Shown: positions 1 through 11,884 of the stretch, piece by piece | How the letters are laid out: each line of letters begins with the position of its first letter | Position numbering within the stretch: position 1 is the stretch's first letter | Source: Syncephalis fuscata S228 | Lineage: Eukaryota > Fungi > Zoopagomycota | Direction of reading: 5' to 3' | Length of the DNA stretch: 64,000 bases | Assembly (NCBI GenBank): GCA_025786725.1 | Contig: JAHLTZ010000004.1 | Location: 1 to 64,000 of the forward strand | The notes under the pieces: model-generated | What the model saw: the letters and a program-made list of their open reading frames with translations, nothing else | Told to the model about the DNA's origin: nothing | Databases searched by the model: none | Position numbers and translations under genes: made by a program

Positions 1-2197
1 TCAGTTTACTACTAATAGTCTCCTTATTACTATGAGTGCTAGTATTGATGTTCTCCTTATCACTATCATTATCATCGTCAGTAGTAATAGCTGAATGTTG
101 ATCGGCATTCAAGTCGAGTGTAGGAGCCAGGAATCCATCTGGATTATTGTCACCATATTCATACTCTTCCTCTTCGTCGTCATCATCATCATCGCCATCT
201 TTATCAATATTCATATCATCTCCATCGCTACTTTCTATATCTTCAGTTAGTGTTTGCGAACCATTAGAGTAGTTGTGTTGATCTGATATAATAGCCGATA
301 TAGATGGTGCTTCATCGTTTAATACAACATTATTTGTTTCTGTATTAAGTGGTACAAATAGAGAACTAGAAGTATATTGAGTCGTAAGTGGCGATAGAGC
401 TAGATTTAGTGGTAAATTAATCGATGGCAATGTCGGTGGTAACACGTCATTACGGTTGTCACCTAGTAGATGAGCAGTTAATGGTAAAGGTGGATATCTA
501 TTACTCGTTGTATTTGATACAGAGAATGCTGGACTAGGTGCACTATGCATCGGTGTATCATATGCATTACGAAAGAAGCTATGTGAAGTAATAGGCAATC
601 CATCAGGTGATGTATTTAATGAAGGTACTAATGATGATGTAGCATTAGATTTAGTTGATATAGGCTGTTGTTGTGACAAATAAGTATGATTAGGTACTAT
701 AGGGGCAGCTGTGGCTATGGCCGATACTGTAGTTGTATTTGTTGTAGTTACTGCTTCATTAATAGAAATTGAAGGTGATGCAGTTATTCGACTTATACTC
801 GATAATTGTGAATGTGATTTTAATAATGTATCACCAGTTAATGGTTCCACTAATGGAGTAGATGTTGTTGGTTCATGTATGGATACAGAAGATGGTAATT
901 TCCCCTTTACATTGAATGTTGTTAAATGAGGTGAAAATGGAACTGATTCATCCCAATCATCATTGACAAAACATTGACGTGTTGAATATTCACGTGACTT
1001 GTTACGTAAACTGCTATGTGGTAATAAATGTTTTTGATTTCTATTATTCGTATTTGTGTTAATATTAATGTTGTCATCTTCATATTCTTCCTCTTTAATT
1101 AAATTAGATTGGCCATCTACTAGGTGGTTGATGCTACTATCAAGCATTCGTTTTAAGGTAAATTCGCCTCTTCCATGGGCACTGCGGCCACTGGCCACTA
1201 GACTGCCACGACCACGAGATGAACCAATACTAGACGAGGGTGTTTTTGGGATAAGAATAGGCACCGATGTGGCCATACGTTGACGAGATGAGGCGAGTGA
1301 GGCTGCTTCAACGGCTGCTGCGGCAATAGGTACGGCCGGTCTTAGAGACGGTACATGTTGAAGTGCGCCGTAATTAGTAAATGGATCGATATGTAAACGT
1401 GGTCGATCTGCTGGACCATTAGTTCGATTTGATGGCAGTAGTAGATGTTCAATAGATAGATCTCGACACCAATAATTTGGCTGGTGTAGATAGCCAATAG
1501 TATAGATCAATGTATGAACAAGTGTAAATACGCCTGTAGCAATGAACAGAGCGTCCATAGCCCCTTCTTTTGAAGGCCAAGGCCAGTATACATGATCTAT
1601 TAATGTACAGATGCCAACAATGAGTGTGGCCATCCAATAGAATAGAATCGTAATGTTGGTAAATCGAGATGAGATGGGTGGGCCATCGATAGCAATACGG
1701 CCAAAAGTACTTATACGCAATATACCTAGTCCAAGTGTCGACAAAATGGCTGTAAGTGCAGTGCCTGAGCCAATGACTGCGCCTAACAATGCAGCCAAAG
1801 ATACCAAGTCGACTAAAACACTTAGACGTAGTGCCGTTCGATAAATTGACCATGGTGTGGATGTTATAGTATAGGCTAGCGATTCAGTATCTTCATTCAT
1901 CGCGTTATTGTTGTTGTTATGTGGATAACCTTGTTGTTGTAGCACTGGTCGAACGGGTCTAGTATCTTCGTTAGACTGTAAATGATAGATATAATTATGA
2001 CTGTTGGTTTGTTTGACAAAATTGGAAGCCAGGTCATTATTTAGTAATAAAGGTTGTTGCTGGGTTGCAAATTCGTCGTCATTTGCATCAATTGGTTGGG
2101 AATACTTGTGAGTAGCAGTGTGTAAAGACGACGACGACAACAAACGGTTATTGTTAAGGGCCGCAGTAGAAGAATCGTTTTGATTCCGCGAGTGCAT
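1..2197 (-). CDS. 4-TM membrane protein with MENTAL (MLN64/STARD3 N-terminal)-like domain followed by a long low-complexity/acidic region; 3' end lies outside the window
   Basis: Not in the ORF track because it has no stop in the window. ATG at 2197 (MHSRNQND...); the frame was open wherever checked, down to position 2 (>730 aa). Four hydrophobic segments at ~1850-1480: SIYRTALRLSVLVDLV..., LGLGILRISTF, ILFYWMATLIVGICTLI, SKEGAMDALFIATGVFTLVHT. Confidence 0.8.
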   Translation of the reverse strand, partial: MHSRNQNDSSTAALNNNRLLSSSSLHTATHKYSQPIDANDDEFATQQQPLLLNNDLASNFVKQTNSHNYIYHLQSNEDTRPVRPVLQQQGYPHNNNNNAMNEDTESLAYTITSTPWSIYRTALRLSVLVDLVSLAALLGAVIGSGTALTAILSTLGLGILRISTFGRIAIDGPPISSRFTNITILFYWMATLIVGICTLIDHVYWPWPSKEGAMDALFIATGVFTLVHTLIYTIGYLHQPNYWCRDLSIEHLLLPSNRTNGPADRPRLHIDPFTNYGALQHVPSLRPAVPIAAAAVEAASLASSRQRMATSVPILIPKTPSSSIGSSRGRGSLVASGRSAHGRGEFTLKRMLDSSINHLVDGQSNLIKEEEYEDDNININTNTNNRNQKHLLPHSSLRNKSREYSTRQCFVNDDWDESVPFSPHLTTFNVKGKLPSSVSIHEPTTSTPLVEPLTGDTLLKSHSQLSSISRITASPSISINEAVTTTNTTTVSAIATAAPIVPNHTYLSQQQPISTKSNATSSLVPSLNTSPDGLPITSHSFFRNAYDTPMHSAPSPAFSVSNTTSNRYPPLPLTAHLLGDNRNDVLPPTLPSINLPLNLALSPLTTQYTSSSLFVPLNTETNNVVLNDEAPSISAIISDQHNYSNGSQTLTEDIESSDGDDMNIDKDGDDDDDDEEEEYEYGDNNPDGFLAPTLDLNADQHSAITTDDDNDSDKENINTSTHSNKETISSKL

Positions 2198-3824
2198 GCT
2201 CTTGGTTAGAAGAGAACTGAATAGACAAGCTATCACTATTATTACTATATAGCTACTGTTGCTAGATTAGATAGAGTATACGGCCATTCAATAATATGTG
2301 CAATAATTGAACTACAAAACAACAACAGTAATACCAACACTATAATAGTAATAATAGCCGCAACGATAAGGATGATAGCTTGGTTAAAAAGGGTGAATAT
2401 AATAGTAGCGAGCAGTAAAGTCGCTAAAATAAATACAAAGATGAAAGTACAAGTTAAATTGATCAACCGACCACGTAAGTAGAACGGTAGCAATGGCAAG
2501 TCAAAAGATAAGCAAAGAACTATAAGAAAGAAAGACGGCGGTCAAATCTAATTCCAATATGTTGTGTTTGTATTTGTGTCTGTACGTATACGTATAGTGT
2601 ACGCTTTAGTACATGATATGAAGAAGGAAAGAGCGAGTGAGTGAGTGTGCGCAAGTGAACGAGTGATCATTTGCCAGTCGGCTGACTTGTGTGTGTATTA
2701 AAGATTTGAGTGTAAGAGTTTTATTTTTATTACTATGATGACTATATCAAATTACGGTTAATAAGGCTAGTGATTATACAGATTGGTAGGATGGCCAAGT
2801 GTTCGTATAGTGTTTGTATTTATGAATAATAAATGTCTGACAACCGATATTGCCACACAACGGTAGTTGAGTAAACCTATAAATAATTCTATGTTACCTC
2901 AATCGTTGACTAAGCCGTAAATAGAATAGTTATCACCTGTGATCATTGTAAGAAAGAGAGAGATATAAATGTAATTATTAACCAATACAGTATAGCTATT
3001 GATATGAAATAGGCAACAATACCGGCCTATTGGTATAACGATATAGCAGCGATACATGCATCGTAGAACGGTCCCTAGTAAACATGTGTGCATAATACTA
3101 TCCTTGTACCGTTAAGTTTGGAGGCCTTTTTTCATTGTTTGTTTGGATATTTGTCACAATGTAATGCTTTGTATTTAATAAATATTAGCGGCTTTTAAAA
3201 ATATAAATGCTTAATTATGCAGCTAGCTACAGCATGGCATTATGCTTATGCTTAATATTATTGAAAGTGGCCAATGGTTTAGTATGCATGTTGTTTGGTT
3301 AAATTAGCTGCACTGGCTGCAAAAGCGTTTCAGGTGTGCAGTGTGAGTTCTTTTGATGTTTCAAGTTAGCTTTATGGGCGTACAAAAATAAAGAGAAAAG
3401 ATGCCGAGCCATAGTCTATGACATTGGAAGCAGGCCGCTAATATGAAGGTGAACAGGCGTGGGTGTGCGCCCTTTGAGCATAGCTGGTTGGCTGTTAGGC
3501 ATCCTTGTGCTGACCCAAACTGGCACCTACATGTGACGGCGACCTACATACACATGCATGCCAACAACAATCACAACTTATGGCAAAGCAGGTTTGCTAG
3601 GTTGTATTACATTCATGTCTACAGCGTGATTCATTGCAGATAGGCCACTCTCATGTCGTTGTTGCAACTACTTAAATAAAACGCCAGACTTGAAAGCTGT
3701 CGATATCCTTACTCTGCTCTATCTCATCCTCTCGTGTCTACTACTTCCCAAATAACATCTCTTTCAACAAATAGCGCTGGGCGTTAATTGTCTATCCATT
3801 GTTTATATATTCTAAACATTTATC

Positions 3825-5814
3825 ATGCGTTTCGATTCTTATTCCGTCGTTGCTACCATTGCTATAGTAGCCGTGCTACTTCATAGCGTGGAAGCCGCAT
3901 CTTTTGCTGGTTCAATTGTGCGCCGCGACGCTTCCGATAGTGCAGAAAATTCAATGGGAGATGAAGGTTCTGCAAATACACAGCTATTTACGCCAGAAGA
4001 TTTGCAGGGCAGCCGTGGCCAGACTGATAAAACTGGTATTCGCACTAAACACCAAACGGGCGAAGAAGGTGCTGAAAAGGAAGCCGATATTGGTTCGTAT
4101 AATGTAAGTTATTTAGATTTATGTCACAATAATAATTGACCAAATGTTTTGATATTTATAGGGACTGGTCGATAAGTCGTCGCTTAATAAAAGCATTACG
4201 GCCAACGCGTTGACTACAACGTCGGCTGCTGCAGCACCTAGCCCCACGACATCGCCCAGCAATAGTGCTAGCGCTCAACCTGCTCCTACCGCCCATCCAG
4301 AACAGCAAAAGCAAGCAAGCAGCAATGCCAATAGCATCACCACTACGCTAGCAAGTTCATCTGTTGCGGTCCCTTCAATGGCGCCAAATACAGCAACCAG
4401 CAGTCCATCTTCTACTGTTACATCAGTAGCAAATGCTGCGCCGAGCACGACACCAGCTGCTCCATCAAAGACGACATCGGCTGTGGCCCAGCAACCTTCG
4501 TCAACACCTAAAACTATTGCCGAAATCAGTAATTCAGGCCAGGTGACTTATGTGCCTGAATCAAGTGTACGTCCTTCAGAACACTGCTTTTATTCGACGA
4601 CAAAGCCTTCGGACAAGCTAGGTCTTGCAGGTGCCGATAACAAGCCAAATAGCATCGCCGCGTACACCAATGTTATTGCTTTGTCGGCCAGTTATAGCCG
4701 ATGTGTAGGCACACACCGTGCCTGCTACCAAGCATGCGGCGTCAACAAAGGCTGTTGCGACGAAGCTTTTATTAAATGTGGACGCGAGACATGTGCTCGT
4801 ATTAATGCAGCTACTTCCGACTTTTCCAACTGCGAAAACGACTGGCAATGGACCGGTAGCTATGCAAAGCGTCTTCATTTGACAAATGCCTTGGAATTTG
4901 GCTGTCCTGCGTTTAACCAAGCCCAGGTTCAGTGCAAGCTACAAAATACTGGCTTTCTTGGCTGCTTGCCGCCACGTAATTGGGGCGCCCCTTCAACAGG
5001 AGCTCCAGCACCAAATACTGCCACCGTAGCTCCACCGGCCAAGGCAAATGTTAATAACGGATTGGAAAAAACTCTGCCATCGAGTTCAATAACTACTCCA
5101 GTAGCTACTTCAACCATTGGTACCAGCTCAGCGCAATATGCTCCTCCAACTACCCCCACAAGTTCTTCGGGTAAATATACCTCAAATACTCCTAATGCAA
5201 CCAACAAACCTAATAATAATTTATCACAACAGCCTAAATCGGCTGCATCCCCCAGCACAAACGGCGGTCCAACGACAGCGCCCCAATTAGGCACGGTATC
5301 TAGTAAATCTGAGACCCCACAGCCTACGTTGACGCCAGTGCCAAGCTACACGACTTCCAGTGTAACAACCTCTACTTTTATGCCCCATGTACCACCGCCT
5401 ACTATTTCACCAACACTATCTAAAGCAGCAGCAGCAACAACAGCTCCTACTATTACAGTTGAAAATAGCCATCCGTCTATTTCTACTTCACAAACAACTT
5501 CATCCTCTACTGTTTCATCCTCCGCAGGAGTGCCAACGCCAACAGCTAGTGCGCCTAGCTCAAGTTCTAGCACCGCTACAAATGTGCCATCCAGTACGGC
5601 CAGCGAACAGTCTTCTTCACCAAGTACACAACCATTGGCCACACCAAGTGCTAGTGCTGGTAACGCTTCGAATGCCAATGATGACAGCAAAACACCAACC
5701 GGCCCGCTCAAGTTAATAGAAGCAAAGAATGAAGACGCTCAACATAAGGTGCAGATTCTTCAAAAGACAAACCACCATCTAAAAAAGATAGCCGTAGACA
5801 CTCAAGTATGGTAG
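3825..5814 (+). CDS. Secreted Ser/Thr/Pro-rich (mucin-like) protein with a central Cys-rich group XII phospholipase A2-like domain
   Basis: Signal peptide MRFDSYSVVATIAIVAVLLHSVEA. A GT-AG intron at 4104-4161 joins ORF 3825 in frame to ORF 4210-5814 (about 643 aa). Cys pattern RCVGTHRACYQACGVNKGCCDEAFIKC...C...C...FGCPAFNQAQVQC. Confidence 0.85.
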
Positions 5815-8346
5815 GCTATGGCACCCCCTTCCAATCCTCCCTTACAAACTAAGAATAGCTTGTTGTATTGCCAATGATAATGGCGCCTTAATGAAGTTAA
5901 TAATAATAAATATTTAAAACATTTAAATATGTTTAATTGTAAAAATATATCGTTTTACTTTCAATATTTAAATGGCTTTGTACGGGCTGGCCAACAATGA
6001 TTTACATAAACATTAATTGTAAGATTGTTTAATCAAAAGTAACACAGTAGCTGAATTGTTTAAGAATTAAAAATCAAAGTAAATGAACGAATATTGATCC
6101 GTGTAGTCATTACTGACTATTAGTTAGCTATTATTAATCAACCAATAATCATTAACCGGCTAACATTACCATAATGTATTAATCACTAATATTAACTAAC
6201 TAACTAACTGTACCAATCAATATGCCCGTTATTGCTAGTAAATTACAATATGGTGGACAATTATGAATATACAATATACAGCATATTATTTAGTAGCTAG
6301 TGGGGTATATAAAACGCAGCTTTCTGACATAAATATACCTACAGCATTGGTAATAATCTTCAACCATAAACAATATACAGAAATATCTTGAATTAACTAG
6401 ACTAAAATGTTGGTAATATAGGTATATTTGTATCAAATAACAAGTGTTGTGTATATACTGCTACATTATTAGTAGAATATTTGTTAAAATAATAAACACT
6501 TGATAGATATAAAATACAAATGTAATTGTTAGATTTTGTATAATGGATGGTATACATTCTTGAGTAAGTAATTTAGATTTTAGGTAGCTGATGTTGTGCC
6601 GCGATGTTTAAGGTGGGTTTATAGTTAGTTTATTGTTTACCATTTTTATTCCAATTTTCATTAGTTAATTAGCCATCTAGATTAAACATAGCCATTTATT
6701 TATATTACTTGTGACATGTTGTATACGAAATATGCTATGTTTCTATTTCTGTGACTACTTGTATTCATATACCAATTATATTAGCACTGAATACACTTGG
6801 CTTTATCTACTTTTTATTACCTTTTATTCCTTTACATGTCACAAGTATTATTGCTTTATTATTCACTGATGTATTATAAACTTTGAACCAAAAGCAATGG
6901 CATGACACAAACATATATGTAGAATTACGTATAGTCTGAGCACGCGCATTACTTTCTAGTAGCTATAAAAGCCAATTATTACAATAAAATACTATTCATA
7001 TTTTATTTTCGGCTAGTTTGCATTTGCAGTGTGTTTGATGAAAAAAGCCACTTATGCCTCTGCAATCTATTAAATATACATATATAGCAATAGGTGACGA
7101 CACCAGCACAGACCAAACACAGCCTTTTCTTTGTTTATCTTTAATTTAAAGCTTCATATCCATTTTTATCAGTTTTTTGTAACAGACAGTGACTTTATGC
7201 TAGAAGATGAATGTAAATGCTACTTTGCGTATTCATCAAGCAAAAAGAGGACGCGTCAGATGCAAACTTGGAAACGAGGTTATTGCAATGACTAAAGTAG
7301 TTGTATCAAAGCAGTGTAATAACGCACTAGCCGTCAATTAGCCTAGTCATCTAAACATTATCGTCAACTGCTCAGTAATACAAAGCCAGTAGTAACGCGT
7401 AATTATGGTGAAATAGTTTAATACAATCTTGAACGTCACTTCTTCAATGATGGATTTAACTTATATGGAATGCTTTACATAGGCACACTAAATGTATTGT
7501 TTAATATCAAAAATGAGGTAAGTCCATCGAGATAGGTATAGCCTCTATAGTCTACGAATAAGCAATAATGATGTGCAGCGACTATACTGTTAGATTGTGA
7601 GGGGGGACATTCAGCATAGCTAGGTTCTACATGATCTAAAACAAGCGTGTCAGAATCAGAATAGCTTGGATGCACAGCATCACGACGCTCATCCACTAAG
7701 ATGTATGTTTTGAAGATACAACTGTTAGCACACAGGAATAAGACTAAAGTGTTAAAGGTAATTTGAATGATATGTGTAGATACACTCAGCTTATTCTGTT
7801 CATAAAGAAATTTCAAAATAATGTTTAAATTCAGCCATTTTATGTCCAAAAATCAACATTTTATTAAAATGTAAGCGATAATAGAATATGTAGCATATTT
7901 AATTATTTACACTATAGCTAGTACTATTAAAGGGCTGCAGTTGTTAGCTTGTTAATTAACACCATCAGCATTATAGACAAATAATACTTTTGATATGATG
8001 TGATTGGTTTAATCATATTAATTTGATTATTATTATTTAAACAGAATCCAAGTAAAACCAATTAGTTGTTGTTTACTCAGCCGAATCACACACACACACA
8101 TCTATATACATGCACAACTGTATGTAGTATAGAGGAACATATAGGTGTTGGTGTCACCTAAAAACTTGTCTATTACTTTGTAGATGGTGGTATGAGTCTG
8201 GCGATATCCTTTTCGTTTCGAGCATCTCTTTAACGATTGTTTAGTATTGGCGGTTGCATTTTATTGCTAGCAAGTGCAGTTATTGTAGTATCATTTTTAC
8301 GTAATCGTATTACCATAAAGCTTAGTCATTGGTTAGTATATTGCTC

Positions 8347-9846
8347 ATGGCAAGCGCAACGCTATCAGTTTCCGGGATCCATGATACTGCGCCAGTAGCG
8401 GATATACTAAAGGCCAAGGTGGCCGAATGGTCTAATGTGGAGGATATACCGATCGAGGATGTACTTGGCACTCAGCCTACCACGGACAATGAAAACAAAA
8501 TACTCAGTAAAGATGAGCCTAGTGCACGGCCGTTGTTTACTGAGCAATACAATGTTGCAAATACGACCAAAGTGGACACTTATTCGGTTGAGTGGCCTAA
8601 CAAGCTTTGTGCTAAATCACTTCCAAAAACACCGCCCGTTGCAGCAACCGTGACAACGACGATCGTAGACGATAATGACGCAGTGTTATTACGTATACCG
8701 GAACTTGGTCGTTGGAGCACTGCAAGCTCTTCAGCTCCATCATTCATTACAGAGGACTCGTATTGGTCAAAGTATGTTAATCGACCACAATGGTGGGCTC
8801 ATTCTAGCGTATACAATAAAGCATCACGTCATCAGCCATGTACTAATGGCATTTTACCAGTAACACAGCTGGCCACACAGCAATGCGACACTTTGTGTCA
8901 TTTTGTTATGGAGCAGCCATTAAAGCTGTTTACCGTGCCTAGTCATCATGATAGCGACCAACGCTGGCGTGGTGGTCGAGGTAGACCACGACGACATTAT
9001 ACAATTCATTTTCGACCTGGAAGAAAGCCACTCCGACGTGTTATGGTACAGCGATCAGTTACTTGGACAAAGCGAGAAGTGGCCCAAATGCATCAACCTA
9101 CGACTAATAACGATGTAAAAAATAAACACAGTCTAGATGCTGGTGCACAAGAATTGTCGGCCAATGACAAAATTTGTAAACGCTCACCAACACTGCCAAT
9201 TATAAAGCCACTATTACCGGCCAAAGTACGACATCATCGTAACTCGATAGACTTGGCCACGCCTGTAGCACGTTGGCCTAGCGAGAACGTGTTAATGAGA
9301 TGGAACGACGAATTAGAGAAGCAACAGTTACATAATAACAATGATAGTATTGATGCGACGAATGAAAAAGATACCGATCTGCTTGATACGCCTTCCATAG
9401 TTTCTATTGATAGTGGACGACATGGTGAATTCACTGAGGCTGAACTAGCAACAGAACGAACAAGAATACGTCGTGAACTTATGCGAATACATAGATTTAA
9501 TCATACTGGATCATGCACATCGAGTCGAACGGATTTTACGGGATTTTATTCATTACCAGCCAGTTTACAAGAGTCACAACTTAACGAATTACTACCTGGT
9601 CCGGTAACTCACGCACGAACAACACAGACATGGCACACTTCATCGGCACATCTTGGTATGTGGCTATTTCTAGCGGGATTTGTGTGTCCTATATTCTGGA
9701 TCGTTGGTGCCACCTATGTACCATGGCCTAGAACAGAGCGAATAGGCGCTGATTATGAATGGCGGCATCGTAATCGTATCTTTTCCGTGCTCACCGTGGG
9801 AGCTACAATACTATTTTTAATAGCAATGGCATTTATAAAAATGTAA
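8347..9846 (+). CDS. Hypothetical protein, largely disordered, with two C-terminal TM helices (LFLAGFVCPIFWIVGA...WRHRNRIFS motif)
   Basis: Intronless ORF of about 500 codons, first ATG at 8347, with a C-terminal hydrophobic pair. Confidence 0.75.
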   Translation: MASATLSVSGIHDTAPVADILKAKVAEWSNVEDIPIEDVLGTQPTTDNENKILSKDEPSARPLFTEQYNVANTTKVDTYSVEWPNKLCAKSLPKTPPVAATVTTTIVDDNDAVLLRIPELGRWSTASSSAPSFITEDSYWSKYVNRPQWWAHSSVYNKASRHQPCTNGILPVTQLATQQCDTLCHFVMEQPLKLFTVPSHHDSDQRWRGGRGRPRRHYTIHFRPGRKPLRRVMVQRSVTWTKREVAQMHQPTTNNDVKNKHSLDAGAQELSANDKICKRSPTLPIIKPLLPAKVRHHRNSIDLATPVARWPSENVLMRWNDELEKQQLHNNNDSIDATNEKDTDLLDTPSIVSIDSGRHGEFTEAELATERTRIRRELMRIHRFNHTGSCTSSRTDFTGFYSLPASLQESQLNELLPGPVTHARTTQTWHTSSAHLGMWLFLAGFVCPIFWIVGATYVPWPRTERIGADYEWRHRNRIFSVLTVGATILFLIAMAFIKM

Positions 9847-9944
9847 ATAATGAATAAATAGCAGTAATAGTAATAGCAATAGTAATAATTGCCATATGTT
9901 ATTAATGAAATAAACGTAGCAATGTTAGCAATGATTAATACAAT

Positions 9945-11501
9945 TTATTCATCAAAGTTTCTTTTAAGCATTTCGTAACAGAATAATCCAATCGATGTTG
10001 CCGGTACAGCTTTCATAAGATTTGTGCCTAATCCTGTGTATAGCCATGTACGCCATCCACCTGACATAATTGCCAGTCGTCGACATCGATGCCATGATGT
10101 AGCGTATAATCCACCATGTACTTGCTCTCCACCTTTCAGCAGTATAGCGCTTCGTATTCTATCCAGCGGATGATCTACTAATTGATATGCTGCTCCCGCT
10201 GCAGCACCTGCTGTCAGTACTGCTGCCGTACTCAGTATTACATCGTTCGACGATGTATACTTGTTATTGTTGATGCCGTTAAACTCGCTTGTTTTCGCCG
10301 GCGAAAAAAAGCCTTGGCAGTGTCAAAAACACTAAAAAAGACTGCATAGCCTAATGAATCCTAATAATAATAAAAAAGTAAAATTGTTTGTTATTAACAG
10401 CATCAATTCATCGTATAATATTACTTACTTTGGCCATTGTAAATAGGAATCCACGATACATTCCACTTGTACCCAATTCCCGCGCTGTTGTACGAGCAAA
10501 GTCCATAAATCCATTAAAACGACCTGATAGAAAGTCTTTTACTTCTAATCGTACTTGTAGCGCATCTAACGGTGTGGCAACTACTGCATGCATAGCACCG
10601 GCCGCCGCTCCAGCCTTTAGATAACTAGTAACTGGTATGGTAGAGCTTAAAGATGCATCATACATATCAATAGATCCTATACGGTCTATTCCTTCCCTTT
10701 GATCTAGTTGTTGCTCGCACTCCTTTACACGTAAATTGTATTCATCCGATAGTTGAACAAGCTCATAGGTTGTAAATAATACTGCACCACACGCACCATT
10801 GGCAAATAGTGGCGGCAGTACATGTCGTGGTATGAATGACCAGCCTTCTTGTCGTATGGCATTTGACAACAAACCAAATGTAGATGCCTGCCATCGTGCC
10901 AAAAGTGCTCCTGTTGCCGGCATTTTATACTTTTCAGTTGATATTTGTACCATTTCCTTTGGTGGCACCATTGCCCGTGCCATGACTAAATAGTCAACAC
11001 GTACTGGTCTAAATAGCTATTGCATTGTAAACATTAGTATTATCAATAGTAAAGCAATTTGATTAATTACTCGTTGAACCTGTGCCTTACCTTAAGTGGT
11101 GATTTATACCAAAGATATAGCGGCTTAAGTATCATCGATCGAACAACCGCTGATGTTGCTCCTGCCGAGACCGAATGTCGTTTCTGCAATTGATCTTCTA
11201 ATTGCTGTATTGTCTGTCCTTCAATTAAAAGCGGATTATTTATTGAATCTAAAGGATCCATCGATGCTGAGCTGTCGTCGCTATTATTCGTCGATGCTTC
11301 TGCAACCCGTTTAGTTTTCTGCTGTATCTTTTGCACAGCAAACACGACAGAGGCCATATCAGTTCGCTTTGGCGTTGCCTCGTCTACTACCGGCGGCACC
11401 TCGGTATCAAGCACCGATTCCGACGACGGAAGAGCCGTAGCTGCTGTTTCGTTACTTAAAGTTATCCCATGATCGTTTGGCAATGCAGCTGGCACCTCCA
11501 T
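9945..11501 (-). CDS. Fungal mitochondrial carrier (SLC25)-like protein
   Basis: Carrier signatures ATPLDALQVR and DHPLDRIR, glycine-rich AGAAAG helices, and C-terminal KAVPATSIGLFCYEMLK. Two introns (~11017-11091, ~10361-10428). Apparent 1-nt frameshift at the A7 run 10304-10310. Confidence 0.85.
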
Positions 11502-11884
11502 AACTCCATAATATACTAGACTACACGAGACTGACCAGACTATATACTGGTAGAATAGAGTAGCAATAGTTACTCGATCTGTTAATTAATGAATGCGGCC
11601 AATGCTCGTGCTGACACGTAGTCTACAATAACACAGCTTTTTGCAAAAGAAAAAGGCAACCGTTTAGTGCCAAAAAGGGGACCGCTGTATATTGTGAGTT
11701 GATCTATAATAATTACATGTATTTATGTAATTAATACATCTAATAAATGATTAATAATTCTGACCATTATCGAGTATTTTTATCAGCCATTTCTCTAAAT
11801 TTGTTGTTATTCTTTATACTTGTGCGTCTTACGTATTTACTCTGTGTCATTTATCGAACGCTGTGTCTACAGCCAAGATACACT

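Noticed and set aside
4618-5716. Antisense and alternate-frame ORFs over S/T/P-rich genes (also 39041-39704, 28494-30767, 61356-63830)
   Set aside because: Shadow ORFs expected from low-complexity codon usage of the real genes.
7475-7849. 124-aa minus-strand ORF, possibly a kinase relic (HHYCLFVDYRGYTYL)
   Set aside because: No ATG-led gene structure and no HxD/DFG motifs found in adjacent frames.
11747-11884. Hydrophobic N-terminal extension of the YME2 ORF
   Set aside because: The ATG at 11885 begins a typical Arg/Ser/Leu-rich mitochondrial presequence; the upstream in-frame stretch is probably UTR/promoter.
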